The notes under the pieces: model-generated
The model's input: only the letters and a program-made list of their open reading frames with translations
Databases searched by the model: none
Told to the model about the DNA's origin: nothing
Translations under genes and position numbers: made by a program
Shown here: one piece after another, positions 1 through 13,840 of the stretch
How positions within the stretch are numbered: the first letter of the stretch is position 1
Layout: each line of letters opens with the position of its first letter
DNA from: the human T2T-CHM13v2.0 reference genome, Homo sapiens
Assembly (NCBI RefSeq): GCF_009914755.1
Contig: NC_060931.1
DNA: 64,000 nucleotides
Reading direction: 5' to 3' (one strand)

Positions 1-999
1 GTCCATTAGAGGGATGGGCATTATTTAGAGGGTTTAAGTCACTGGCAATATTGTAGACATCTGTTGCTGACCTTGTGGGGATGTTGTGAGAGAATATTAG
101 CTTTGACTCATTATTGGATGGGATGGTTCTTATGGTCACTAACAATTCTGAGAGTGCGTAAAAGGTAGGCCGAGGGATAATGTGCTGCGCCCTACGTCCC
201 AGTAGTTGGCAAAGTCCAAACCCAGATGTTTTGAGTCTCCTGCCTTGTTTATATGGTTGAAATGCTGACTTTACACAGTGTTCCATATATGTATCTGTAC
301 CTGTCATCTTTATGTGATTGGCTAGAGACCCTGTCACGTTCACTTTTGTAATCTCACAAAGCTTGACAAATGCCCTGTACATAGGAGGAGCAAAGTGTTT
401 GTTGACCTAAAGTGAATTACAGAACAGCTGAGACACATCTAAATATTGTTCTTTTACTGATCCTGGTTCCATAATGAAAACATTTGGAAGTTGACCAGAA
501 ATTATACCTGGGGATTCCTAGTAGAATGGTGATGTAGATGGAACGGCTCTCTGCCTTTGTTTCTGTCTGTGGTACACCACACACAAATGCCAACACTTCA
601 CCAAGAGTGGAAGCCATCAGGCTGCACTCTCTGACCAGGATTGTTTTACCCCTTCTGGATGGCAATACATCGCTCCCTTTCTTTTTCACTGCCTCCTGTG
701 CATACCTCCGTGCTAAATTAAACTCCAGACCCTGGGATGTCTGGAATATATTTTCCAGTCTTCTGAATTCTACCACCCTGAAGTAGTCATTTGCTGTCAT
801 CATAATTCTGGAAGATTTAATATTCAGATTGACAGTGGATATGCCGGTCTCATTCTTTGATGTTTGGTACATGGGCAAGTGGTCAGGTATCCTGGCCTAT
901 TTATCACCATATTCTCCATGGCCTGTACTCAGGGTCAGGCATATGGTAGGTAGTCAGTGAATGTTTGTTTTTGTTAGTAGGACTCTGGTTTAGTCCTTA

Positions 1000-1343
1000 C
1001 AGTAGTCCCTTTTATCCATGTTGGTATGTTCCAAGACACCCAGTGGATACCTGAAACTGTGGACAGTACCAAACCCTTTCCATACTGTTTTTTTTTAATA
1101 TGATAACCAAGACAGCTACTAAGTGACTAACAGGCAGGTAGCATATACACCATGCTGGACAAAGAGATGATTCTCATCCTGGGTGGACAGATCAGGACAA
1201 CGTGAGAATTTCATCTTGCAACTCAAAATACTGCCTAATTTAAAATGTATTGACGAATTGTTTATTTCTGGAGTTTTCCATGTAATATTTTTGGACTGTG
1301 GTTGCTCATGGGTGACTGAAACCACAGATAAGGGGTACTACTG
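1000..1343. mobile_element. Non-autonomous Tigger (MER44-like) DNA transposon
   Basis: Terminal inverted repeats CAGTAGTCCCTTTTATC ... GATAAGGGGTACTACTG with TA target duplications at 998-999 and 1344-1345. Confidence 0.85.
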
Positions 1344-2195
1344 TACTTCTGTTTCATCCTAATGAAGTAAAGTTTCTTTGTTCATCAAGGCAGTATTTTC
1401 TTTCTCTTTTGTACCTACCATGCTCTACCTACCTCATGTCTTCATTTTCTGTGCCACTTTCTTGCTGTGTTTTATTAGGATAATGTTTTAATAGAATAAA
1501 AGAAGGGCAAAGGTATAGTAATTGAATGTCCTTCACTATCAATCCCCCCAACCCCTGAAGGGAGAAAGGAAGGAGAATGTGGGGGAGAGGGGAAGGAAGA
1601 AAGGAAATGGTGGAGAAAGTAGAGAATGAGAGAAGCATCCTGTTTCATACTGAGAAGACTTTGGTATTGAAGAATTTTGACTTTGTTAGTGCCATATAAC
1701 TTGTGTGTTGCTTTGTTTAAATTCTCGTCTGCTCTCATGTTTTCATTGCATTCTGTGGATAGCAGCTAAGAGAGCTTTCAGACACATCTGTATTAGAAGT
1801 AAAATAACTGTTAATGTCAAGACTATATCTTTGCTTTTTTCTCCCTCAGCTTCTTTTCTCGATTGGTAGAAAACATGGAATAATGGTGCCAGGGTTAGCT
1901 TTGCCTGGAGAAGAGTTCTGTTTGCCAGCCCTGCTGCAGATTGATAACCATCAAGGGAAGGATAGCCCAGTCATAAGTGACCTTGTGGACTGCGTATCTT
2001 TATGTACCCCTTACACACTAGTAGGAAGAACCCAAATACCATCTGCCAATGACAGTGAGGCAGGAACCTCACTTTTGTGACAAAAGGATTGTACTTTGCT
2101 CTGCTGGAACTGGCTCGTTAACAATTCATAAGAACCAATTAAGTTTTCAAGAATTTTGTGAGCTGGTTTTTTAGTAAAACCTTTATTAGAAGTTA

Positions 2196-2390
<195 letters not shown>

Positions 2391-2628
2391 TTACCTGTGC
2401 TTTTAATATAATTTACTTAATTGTAATCAGTATTCAAAATTCATCACTTCCTTATTAGCTGCTACATTTTACTAATATCCATGACCTTGAGGTTATTTAC
2501 ATCTAGTATATGGTAGAAATACTACAAAATGATGTGTTATTGAGCCTCTTTTCCTAACTCTGTATTCAATGACATCACTTTAGTAGCCATGGTGGAAGTA
2601 TTTACACCACAGAAATTGGTAAACAGGA

Positions 2629-2976
2629 TGTCTTATTCTGTTTTGTTCTGCTGTAACAGAACACCGCAAACTGAGTAATTTATAAGCAATAGAAGTTTAT
2701 TTGGCAGATGGTTCTGGAGACTGGGAAGTTCAAGATCAAGGGGCCATATCTGGTGAGGACCTTCTTGCTGTATCACAGTGTGGCAGAAGACATCACATGG
2801 TGAGAGAACATGCTCAAGAGAGTTTGAAGCTCTTTTATAATCAGCATTAATCCATTCATGAGGGTAGAGCCCTCATGACCTAAACATTTCCCATTATGTT
2901 CCATCTCCCAACACTGTTGCACTTGGGGTTAAGTTTGCAACACATGCTTTTGGGGGGACACATTCAAACCATAGCA
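2629..2976 (-). mobile_element. MaLR solo LTR (MLT1A/MST-like)
   Basis: tgtcttattc...gggggacacattcaaaccatagca termini typical of MaLR LTRs. Confidence 0.85.
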
Positions 2977-4132
2977 CTGTACAAATCCAAATTTGGTCAT
3001 TTGTTTTGTTGATTGTCTACACTTAAAAGAATGATGGAGGAAATGTTATTAATACAGATTAAATTTAAAAGTATGTTGTATTTGCATCCATTACATTGTG
3101 GATAGCAAAACAATTAAGAGAATATCTTCTTGTATTTTGAAACTGTTTCCAACTCAACAAAGAAGTTATTCATGTCCTCGAGGAAGGAAACTGTTTATAT
3201 CATTCATGTCTTAGGTGTTCCACTTTAATTTTACTGGTTCAAAAACATCAACCAGGTTTTACAAAACTACACTCATTCTTCAGGTACAACCATAGGTTGG
3301 CTGTAGATATAAGAATTGCACATATTTTAACAGAAGCATTCTGTGAATGTTAATTTTCCCATTTGGTTGGAATTCACAGTAAAGTTTAGCATGTACTTTG
3401 TTATTATTTGTAAATTGCTTGCTATACATGATTTATATCAGTAAATTTTATAATAAATAGGTGTACATCTATACATACATACTTCTTTTCCCAAGGAGCT
3501 GGTTGTTAAGTATTACCAACACACTACTGTTTACAATCCAAATGAGAATGTAGCTCTGTGTCTTAAGGTAGTGATGATCTTGTGTAAATGGTGAGATTTT
3601 TGCCTTCATCATAGCAAAAGGCTCAAATGCACTATAGGAAGGAAACCTTTCTGATTATGGAATATGAAGTCAGGATTTTAAATGCCACCAACTGTCGAAC
3701 ACTTAAAGGACAAAGTGTTTGAAATCTTAAAGCCTGCCTACTCTATTTAAAAGAACATTAGAGGGCGTTGGAAAGAGGTGATAAATATCATTAGGACCTC
3801 AGCAAGGCTTTGGAACCCAACACATTGAAAGATAATTGAGTGAAGAGGATCTCTGGACACAAAGCAGGCAATTTAGTTATCCAAAGCATTTATGTCAAGC
3901 AGCTAATGCGTGAGGATTTATTTATTTGTGTTTTTCTCTCAGAGCTTAATCCATGAGGAGTACAGAGTGGTGGTAGGGTGGAGGCTAGCCTTTATTTTGC
4001 ATTGCTCTGAGAAGTGTTGCGATAATGGGAGAAATTTGGTGTCCTAGAAACGTTATTATTATAAATGAAAAATCTTGAAATACGAGGAAAGTGAATTTTT
4101 TAAAACTGGGATTAGAAACTCAGAACAAAATG

Positions 4133-4450
4133 AGCTGGACGCGCTGGTCATGCCTGTAATCCCAGCACTTTGGGAGTCCAGGAAGGGCGGATTACTTGAG
4201 GTCAGGAGTTTGAGACCAGCCTAGCCAACATGGCGAAACCCCGTCTCTATAAAAAAAAAAAAAAAAAAAAAAAATCAGCTGGATATGGTGGTGGGTGCCT
4301 GTAATCCCAGCTGCTCAGGAGGCTGAGTCAGGAGAATCGCTTGAACCCGGGAGATGGAGGTTGTAGTGAGCCAAGATCATGCCAGTATACTCCAGTCTGG
4401 GCAACAGAGCAAGACTCCATCTCAAAAAAGAAAGAAGGAAAAAAAAGAAA
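4133..4450 (+). mobile_element. AluS with expanded central A tract
   Basis: Dimeric Alu; TSD agaaact(c/g)agaacaaaatg. Confidence 0.95.
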
Positions 4451-4780
4451 CTGAGAACAAAATGGTCTTTTGCCTCTTTCTACTTAAATAAGATGGCTCA
4501 TGCAAAACTATATTTTTGTGTGAGATTTTTGGTTAACAAGAAGTTGTATTTCCGTTCATCAGTTAGACTCAGTGTGGAGGAATGTTTTGTTTAACCTACT
4601 TTAACTAGAAACAAAATGTATTTGCAGAAGTTTATAGGTAGAATTATAAGGTGATCTAATAAACTTGAAGGTTACTTTCAGCATATGGAAATCAGAATTT
4701 TGTTAGTGGAATGGCAAATGTGAAGAATGAAAAATCCAGTTGATGCCAGTTAACATTAACTTTTAGGAAAGAAAAAACGG

Positions 4781-4795
4781 TAGATTTTTCTGTGA

Positions 4796-4833
<38 letters not shown>

Positions 4834-4900
4834 CCTGTGTGTGTGTTTAAATTAGATTTTTCTGTGAAGAGTGTGTGTGCCTGTGTGTGTGTTTAAAATT
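4781..4900. repeat. Tandem duplication containing a (GT)n microsatellite
   Basis: Unit tagatttttctgtgaagagt(gt)n..gcctgtgtgtgtgtttaaa occurs twice. Confidence 0.9.
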
Positions 4901-5500
4901 TAGCTCATCTGGTTCTGTGTTGTGTGTTTTCTCTGTGTGTGTTTGAAAGGGGACATATTATGAACGTTATGGTTCCCTACCTCTAAGATCCATTCCTAAA
5001 ATAGTTTTACTAATCCGAAGAATGACTAAGAATGTAACTATGGAAATAAAATGACTTTTCAATCCTGTGTTGACTACGTGCCTAAAATGTTGATTTGCTA
5101 AAACCTGGTACTTCCAAATTAAATTTCATGGTATATGGATGATTTATTGTAATCTCTTGTGAGGAAATTCATCTTAAAAACTTTTTCGAAATCATCCTAA
5201 GTTTGGGAGAGGAGAGCATTTCTAATTCAAAGCAGGAGTCAGGCTAAGATCACATGTCTCCCTAGAGGAAAGAGGGGAGGTTTTACTTGTGCATATGTTT
5301 TTTAAATATTTATAGATACAGCTGGACTTTTAGTACTTTAGTTCTGGTTTTAATGATGGAATTCCCAAAGGACTAAAATTGTTCCAAATGTCTGAACCGT
5401 GTCTGAAGTTCAAGAACAGTATATGGTTGGTCTGAAGACTTTAATCCTAGTTGGAAACTTTGAATGAGAAACCTGGCCTTTTAGTCTTGTATTTCTTGAA

Positions 5501-5721
5501 CTTTCTGTTAACAGAATATCTCCTCGCCTTTTATGTAGCCCTTAACTAGCTGCAGACTGACTTGGTCTTCTCTAGTAAAGCATTTTCTATGTAAGGTCAC
5601 CAGTAAATTTCTTTTTGTCAACAGAGTACCTTCTTGCCTCCTATTCAGCCGTTAACTGTTTTGTACTGACTTGGTCTTCTCTACTAAAGCATTTTGTATA
5701 TAAGGTCACCAGTAAATTTCT
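5501..5721. repeat. ~109-bp tandem duplication
   Basis: actgacttggtcttctcta(g/c)taaagcatttt...aaggtcaccagtaaatttct starts at both 5556 and 5665. Confidence 0.9.
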
Positions 5722-6525
5722 AAGTCATAAAATTAAGTGATTTTTCTTATTTCCCATCTATCCAGTCAACAGTCATTTTATTCAGTACCTACTGTGTGAC
5801 TTGGTGCTAGGGATTCATTAGTAAACAAAGCAGGAATATTCTTTTACAATGTGGAGCTTTCAATTTTCTGACCCTGTTGACCTTCCTTCTTCAAATTTCA
5901 TAAACTCGCTTACTTCTGGTTAGTGAAATCAATGATGATTATTTTAATAATGATTCCTCCCCTCATGATTGTGCTCAGGGCCCTCTCTTTCCCTGATGAT
6001 TGTTTTTCTTGATACTTTGTGGATGATTTTATATGGCTAAGACTTCCAGGTTGTCATCTGCCCATACACAGAGGAAGTCCTGAGGGAACCCACGAGTTTC
6101 CTCTCACTGCTTCCGTGCTGTGTAGGCACCTTCTCCTGTTAGAAAACCATCAATAGGAGCTTCCATGATCATGGTGGAGGCGGCAAATAGTGTGTATTTT
6201 GCAGGGATAAGGCAGCGAGGACAAGTTGCCTCTATCTACTTTAGCCAGAAGATTAGTACTAATTTCTAAAACTTTCAAATTTGTCTTTAAAAAATTGCAC
6301 CCATATAGCATATACATTTAGTTGTATGCACACACACACTAAAATAAACTTCTTTGTATACAGTGATTTGGTATAATCTTAGGACGATTGTATTTTCCTT
6401 TTGTTTGTAACAACTTTATTGAGATATAATTGGCATATAATGAACTGATCATATTTAAACTATACAACTTGATAAGTTTTGACATGCATACACCTATAGA
6501 ACCAACACAATCAAGGTAATGAACA

Positions 6526-6820
6526 GGCTAGGTGTGATGGCTTACACCTGTAATCCCAGCATTTTGGAAGGCTGAGGAAGCAGAATCACTTGAGCCCAGA
6601 AGTTCAAGATGAGCCTGGGCAACACTGGAAAACTCTCTCACTACAAAAAAATTAAAAATTAGCTGGGTATGTTGGTTCGTATCTGTAGTCCCAGCTACTC
6701 AGGAGGCTGAGGTGGGAGGATTGCTTGAGCCCAAGAGGTCAAGACTGCAGTAAGCCTTGATCATGACACTGTATTTTAGCTTGGGTGATAGAGCGAGATT
6801 CCATCTCAAAGAAAAAAAAA
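6526..6820 (+). mobile_element. AluJ
   Basis: Diverged dimer with ttgagcccagga and ggaggattgcttgagccc (J-type) segments. Confidence 0.9.
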
Positions 6821-7726
6821 TGAATATATCCATCACCCCCAAAAGTTTCCTCCTTTCTCTTTGTAATTCCTTTCTCCCCCACCTCCCTTCCATCTCCACC
6901 CCAGCTTATTCCCTGGCAAAAAAACAAAACAAACAAACAAAAAAAACAAAAAACAAAAACAAATTAACTGTTTTTTGTCACTATAAAGTTGTATACATTT
7001 TTCTAGAATTGCATATAAATGGCATTACATAGCACATACTGTTTGTCCTTTTTTTTGGAGGAGGGGGGGTTCTGGCTTCTTTCACTCATATTATGCTTAT
7101 CCACATTGTGCTGTATATAATGTTTCACAATATTACTCAATTTATGGATATACCATAGTGTGTGTTTATACATTGGACTGTTTTCAGTTTTTGTTATTAT
7201 GTATAATGCAGCTATGAACATTTATGTAAGAGTACAATGTACATTCTCTTGGACAAATAAGAGTGGAATGGCTGGATAATGTACTAGGTATATGCTAAAT
7301 GTTCTAAGAAACTGCCAAACAATAATCAAAGTGGTTGTACCATTTTATATGCTCACCAGCAGTGTGTAAGAGTCCCATTGTTTCCATATCCTTGCCAATA
7401 CTTGTTATGGGCAGTCTTTTCCATTTTGCCATCCTAATAGGTATATAGTGCTATCTCATTGTGGTCTTGAATTGCATTTCCCTAATGAATAATCATGTTG
7501 AGCACCTTTTCATGTGTGATTTTTCATCTGTATATCTTTTTTGGTGAATTCTGTTTATATCTTTTGCCAATTTTTAAAAATTACATTTTTTTCTTGAGTG
7601 TCGAGTTCTTTATTCTGTATACAAGACCTTTATCGGATATATGGTATACAAATATTTGCTTCCAGTGTGTTGTTTGTCTTTTTATTCTCTTAACAGCGTC
7701 TTACAAGATAAGAGGTTTCAAGGTTG

Positions 7727-8001
7727 TTTTTTAATTTTTATTTAATTTTTAGAGATAGGATCTTGCTCTGTCACCCAGGCTGGAGTGCAGTGGCATGGTT
7801 ATAGCTCACCGTAACCTTGAACTCCTGGGCTTCAGCCATCATCCCACCTTGGCCTCCTGACTACCTAGGATTACAGGCACGAACTACCCTACCCAGCTAA
7901 TTTTTTAAAAACTTTTTTGTAGAGATAGGGTTTCACCGTGTTGCCGTGGCTGTTCTCGAACTTCTGAGCTCAATCAATCCTCCTGCCTCAGTCTCCCAAA
8001 G
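7727..8001 (-). mobile_element. AluJ, 5'-truncated
   Basis: Antisense Alu with J-type features. Confidence 0.88.
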
Positions 8002-8230
8002 CAAAGGTTTCAAATTGTGGTGAATATAATCTATCAACTTCTTTTTATGGGTCATCCTTTTGGTGTCATATCTAAGAAATTATTTACATACCAAGGATAC
8101 AGGGTTTTCCCTTATGCCTTGCTCTGGAAGGGTTACAGTTTTAACTTTTACATTTATGTCTGTGATCCATTTTGAGTTAATTTTTGTATATGAAATGAGA
8201 CATATAGTGAATTCATTTATTTTTGCATAC

Positions 8231-8527
8231 TTTTTTTTTTTTTTGAGATGGAGTCTCGCTCTGTTGCGCAGGCTGGAGTGCAGTGGCACGATCTTGGCTC
8301 ACTGCAACCTCCGCCTCTGTGTTCAAGCAATTATCCCTGCCTCAGCCTCCTGAGTAGCTGGAATTACAGGTGCCCGCCACCACACCCAGCTAATTTTTGT
8401 ATTTTTTAGTAGAGACAGGGTTTCACCATGTTGGCCAGGCTGATCTTGAACTCCTGACCTCAGGTGATCCACCTGCCTCGCCCTCCCAAAGAGCTGGGAT
8501 TACAGGCATGAGCCAACATGCCTAGCC
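8231..8527 (-). mobile_element. AluS
   Basis: Full dimer; TSD attttt(g/a)catactt. Confidence 0.95.
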
Positions 8528-8683
8528 TATTTTTACATACTTCTATACAGTTGTTCCAGCATCATTTCTTAAAATGACTGTCCTTTCTTCAGTGAATTAC
8601 CTTTGCATCCTTGTCAAAAATCAGTTGTTTATTTACATGTAGGCCTAATTTTCTTCCTTTTTACTAATCAATTTGTCTGTCTT

Positions 8684-8890
8684 GAGGTTGCCAACCCAAG
8701 GCCCATGGGCCAAGAAAAGCTCACAGCCTGTCTTTGTATCATCTGTTAGATAAGAATGCTTTTTTCTATTTCTTAAGGGTTGTATAAAAAAAAAAATTAA
8801 AGGAAATGTGACAGAAAACATGTGTACTGCAAAGCCTAAAATATTTACTGTCTGAATCTTCTCAGAAAAAGAAAATTTCTAAACTTGACC
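8684..8890. mobile_element. MER58-like hAT-Charlie MITE
   Basis: ggcccatgggcc...aagcctaaaatatttactgtctg...cagaaaaag resembles the MER58 family. Confidence 0.65.
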
Positions 8891-9220
8891 TATCTTGACA
8901 CCAATACCACGTCTTGATTATTGTAGTTTTATAATCTATTAAAATCAGGTAATGTTAGTCTTCCAACTTACTTTTTCCTTTTCAAAGTTGTTTTGGCTAT
9001 TCTTGGCCCTTTGCATTTGTGTATGAATTTTAGAATCACTTTGTAAATGTAAATTTCTTCAAAAAGAACTGCTGGGATTTTTATTCATATTGTATTGAAT
9101 CTATAGACCAATTTCAAAAAATTGATATCTTAGCAGTATTGAGTCTTTTAACTCATAAACAAGGTGTGTTTCTTTATTTCTTTAGATTTTCTTTAACTTC
9201 TCTCAGAAAAGTTCTGCAGT

Positions 9221-9549
<329 letters not shown>

Positions 9550-10215
9550 TCACAACCTTTGTCAGATTTATCATTATGTATTTTTGAAGCTGTTGTAAAT
9601 GGCATTGTTTTATAAATTTTAATTTCTAATTATTCCTTGCTGCAATGTAAATGTACAGTTAACTTTTGTATATTTATCATATATTCTGTAATATTGGTAA
9701 ACTCACTTATTAGTGTTAATGGCTCTTTTTAAAATTTATTTGTATTGTATATATAGTTGATAATGTCAAAGAAGAGTAAATATAATTTTCCTTTTTTTTT
9801 TTTAATCTGGATGCTTTCATTTCTTTTCTTATATTATTGCACTGGCTGCAATCTCTAGTATAATGTTGAATGGAAGTGGTGAGAGTGTACATGCGTTTTC
9901 ATTTTAACTCATATTATGGGGAAGCATTTGGTGATCTTCCATTATTTATGATGTTAGCTGTAGGTTTTCTGCACATACCTTTATCAGTTTAAAGAAGTCC
10001 CTTTCTATTTCACATTTGCTGAAAGTTTTAATCAGGAATGGATGTTGGTTTTGTATCAAATGCTATTTATTAATCCATTGAAATACTCATTTTTTTATTT
10101 TTTAGTTTAATATGGCAAATTTAACTGATTTTCAAATTTTTTTTATAAAAACATGATATATTTTTATAAAAGTATATTAAAAATTATTCGTATATATATA
10201 GTTGAACTTAATTAG

Positions 10216-10529
<314 letters not shown>

Positions 10530-10885
10530 TATTCTGTCATTTTCTTTCATTGTCTTTGGTTTCTATATCAGGATAATTCTGACATTATAGAATATATTGG
10601 GAAGTATTCCCTTCTCTCCAATTTTCTGAAGCAGTTTGTATAGAATTTATATTATTGTTTCCTTAAATGTTTGGTAGGATTTATCAGCGAAGCCCTTGGG
10701 CCTGGAGTTTTCTTTATAGGAAATTTTAAACTCCAAATTCAATTTGTTTAATTGACAAAGGGCTTTTCAGGTTTTCTATTTTTTCTTAAGTAACATTTGG
10801 TAGTTTGTATCTTTTCTGAGATTTATTATTTCTTTAATATTTTGAAAATCTGTGCTGTTGTAACCTTTCTTATTCTTGATAGTGA

Positions 10886-11287
<402 letters not shown>

Positions 11288-11405
11288 ACAGGTTTCATTC
11301 ATATTCTTTATTGCCTTTCAGTTTTCTATTTTATTTGGTTTCTACTCTTATCGTTGTTATTTCCTGTATTCTACTTACTTTTGCTCTCTTTTTTTTTTTT
11401 TTTAG

Positions 11406-11735
<330 letters not shown>

Positions 11736-12571
11736 TAATGCTATTTCTCCTTCAAGTATTATACTATTTTAGGTTCATCCCACACATTTTGATATGCTGT
11801 GTTCTCATTTTTATCCATATCAAAATACTTTCTAATTTTTCTTTAAGTTTACTGAGACTTGCTTTGTGACTCAGACTATGGTCTGTCTTTGTAAATATTC
11901 CATGTGTGCTTGAAAACAATGTATATTCTGCTGTCGTTGGGCTGAATGTTCTATAAATGTCAATTATGCATAATAGTATTTTTTAAGTCTTATATCCTTC
12001 TCGATTGTCTATTTATTTGTTCTTTCAATTATTAAGAAAGGGGCATTGAAGTCTCCAGCTAATATTTGTTCTATCAATTATTAACAATGGAGCATTGAAA
12101 TCTCCAACTATAGTTATAGATTTTTTTTATTTCTCCTTTGAGTTCTATCAGTTTTTGCTTCACTTATTTTGAAGCTTTTTTATTAGGACATTTAAGATTG
12201 TTGTATTCTTTTCATGAATTGACTACTTTATTATTATAAAATATTCTTTGTTCTGAAATATATTTTGTCTGCTATTGATATAGCTATTGCAGCTCACTTT
12301 TGATAGTGTCTTTTTTCATTCCTTTGCATTTAACCTATTTGTGTCCTTATATTTAGAGTCCATTTTTTTTAAGAGAACTTGTTTTGGGGTATTTAGGTCT
12401 TTATAATTCTTTTTATTGTGTCTGACAATCTTTTGCCTTTTTAATTGTGGATATTTAGACTGTTTATATACTTTCTTGATATGGTTATGTTTATATATTT
12501 TATCTTATTTTTTCCTATGTTCCTCTGTATTCTTTACTTACTTTTCCACATTTTGTGCCTTTTAAAAATCA

Positions 12572-12929
<358 letters not shown>

Positions 12930-13207
12930 TAGAAATCAATTATTTTTAATGATTCCATTTTATCTCCTTTCTTGGCTTATTAGCTGTAGGTCTTTGTTTT
13001 TTGGTTTTAATTGTTGGTTTTGGGGTTATACCATATCTTCAACTTATACCTTCAAGTGATATACTACCCATTCATGTATACCATAAGAATCTTACAAGTG
13101 TATACTTTTGTTTCAACTCTCTTGTTGTCACACAATTCTACTTTTATATATGTTCTAAAGTCTATACTATATTGTTATTGATATTTAATTAGTTAATTGT
13201 TCTTTGA

Positions 13208-13498
<291 letters not shown>

Positions 13499-13545
13499 TA
13501 ATACCATTTGCCCTCTTCCTAAAGGTTATCCTTTAAGATTTCTGT

Positions 13546-13840
<295 letters not shown>

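Noticed and set aside
640-705. YAQEAVKK..GS in the 417-878 antisense ORF resembles proteasome alpha subunit PSMA7
   Set aside because: The match is about 8 residues. The flanking protein and DNA do not follow PSMA7, and there is no poly(A) or TSD, so it is not a processed pseudogene.
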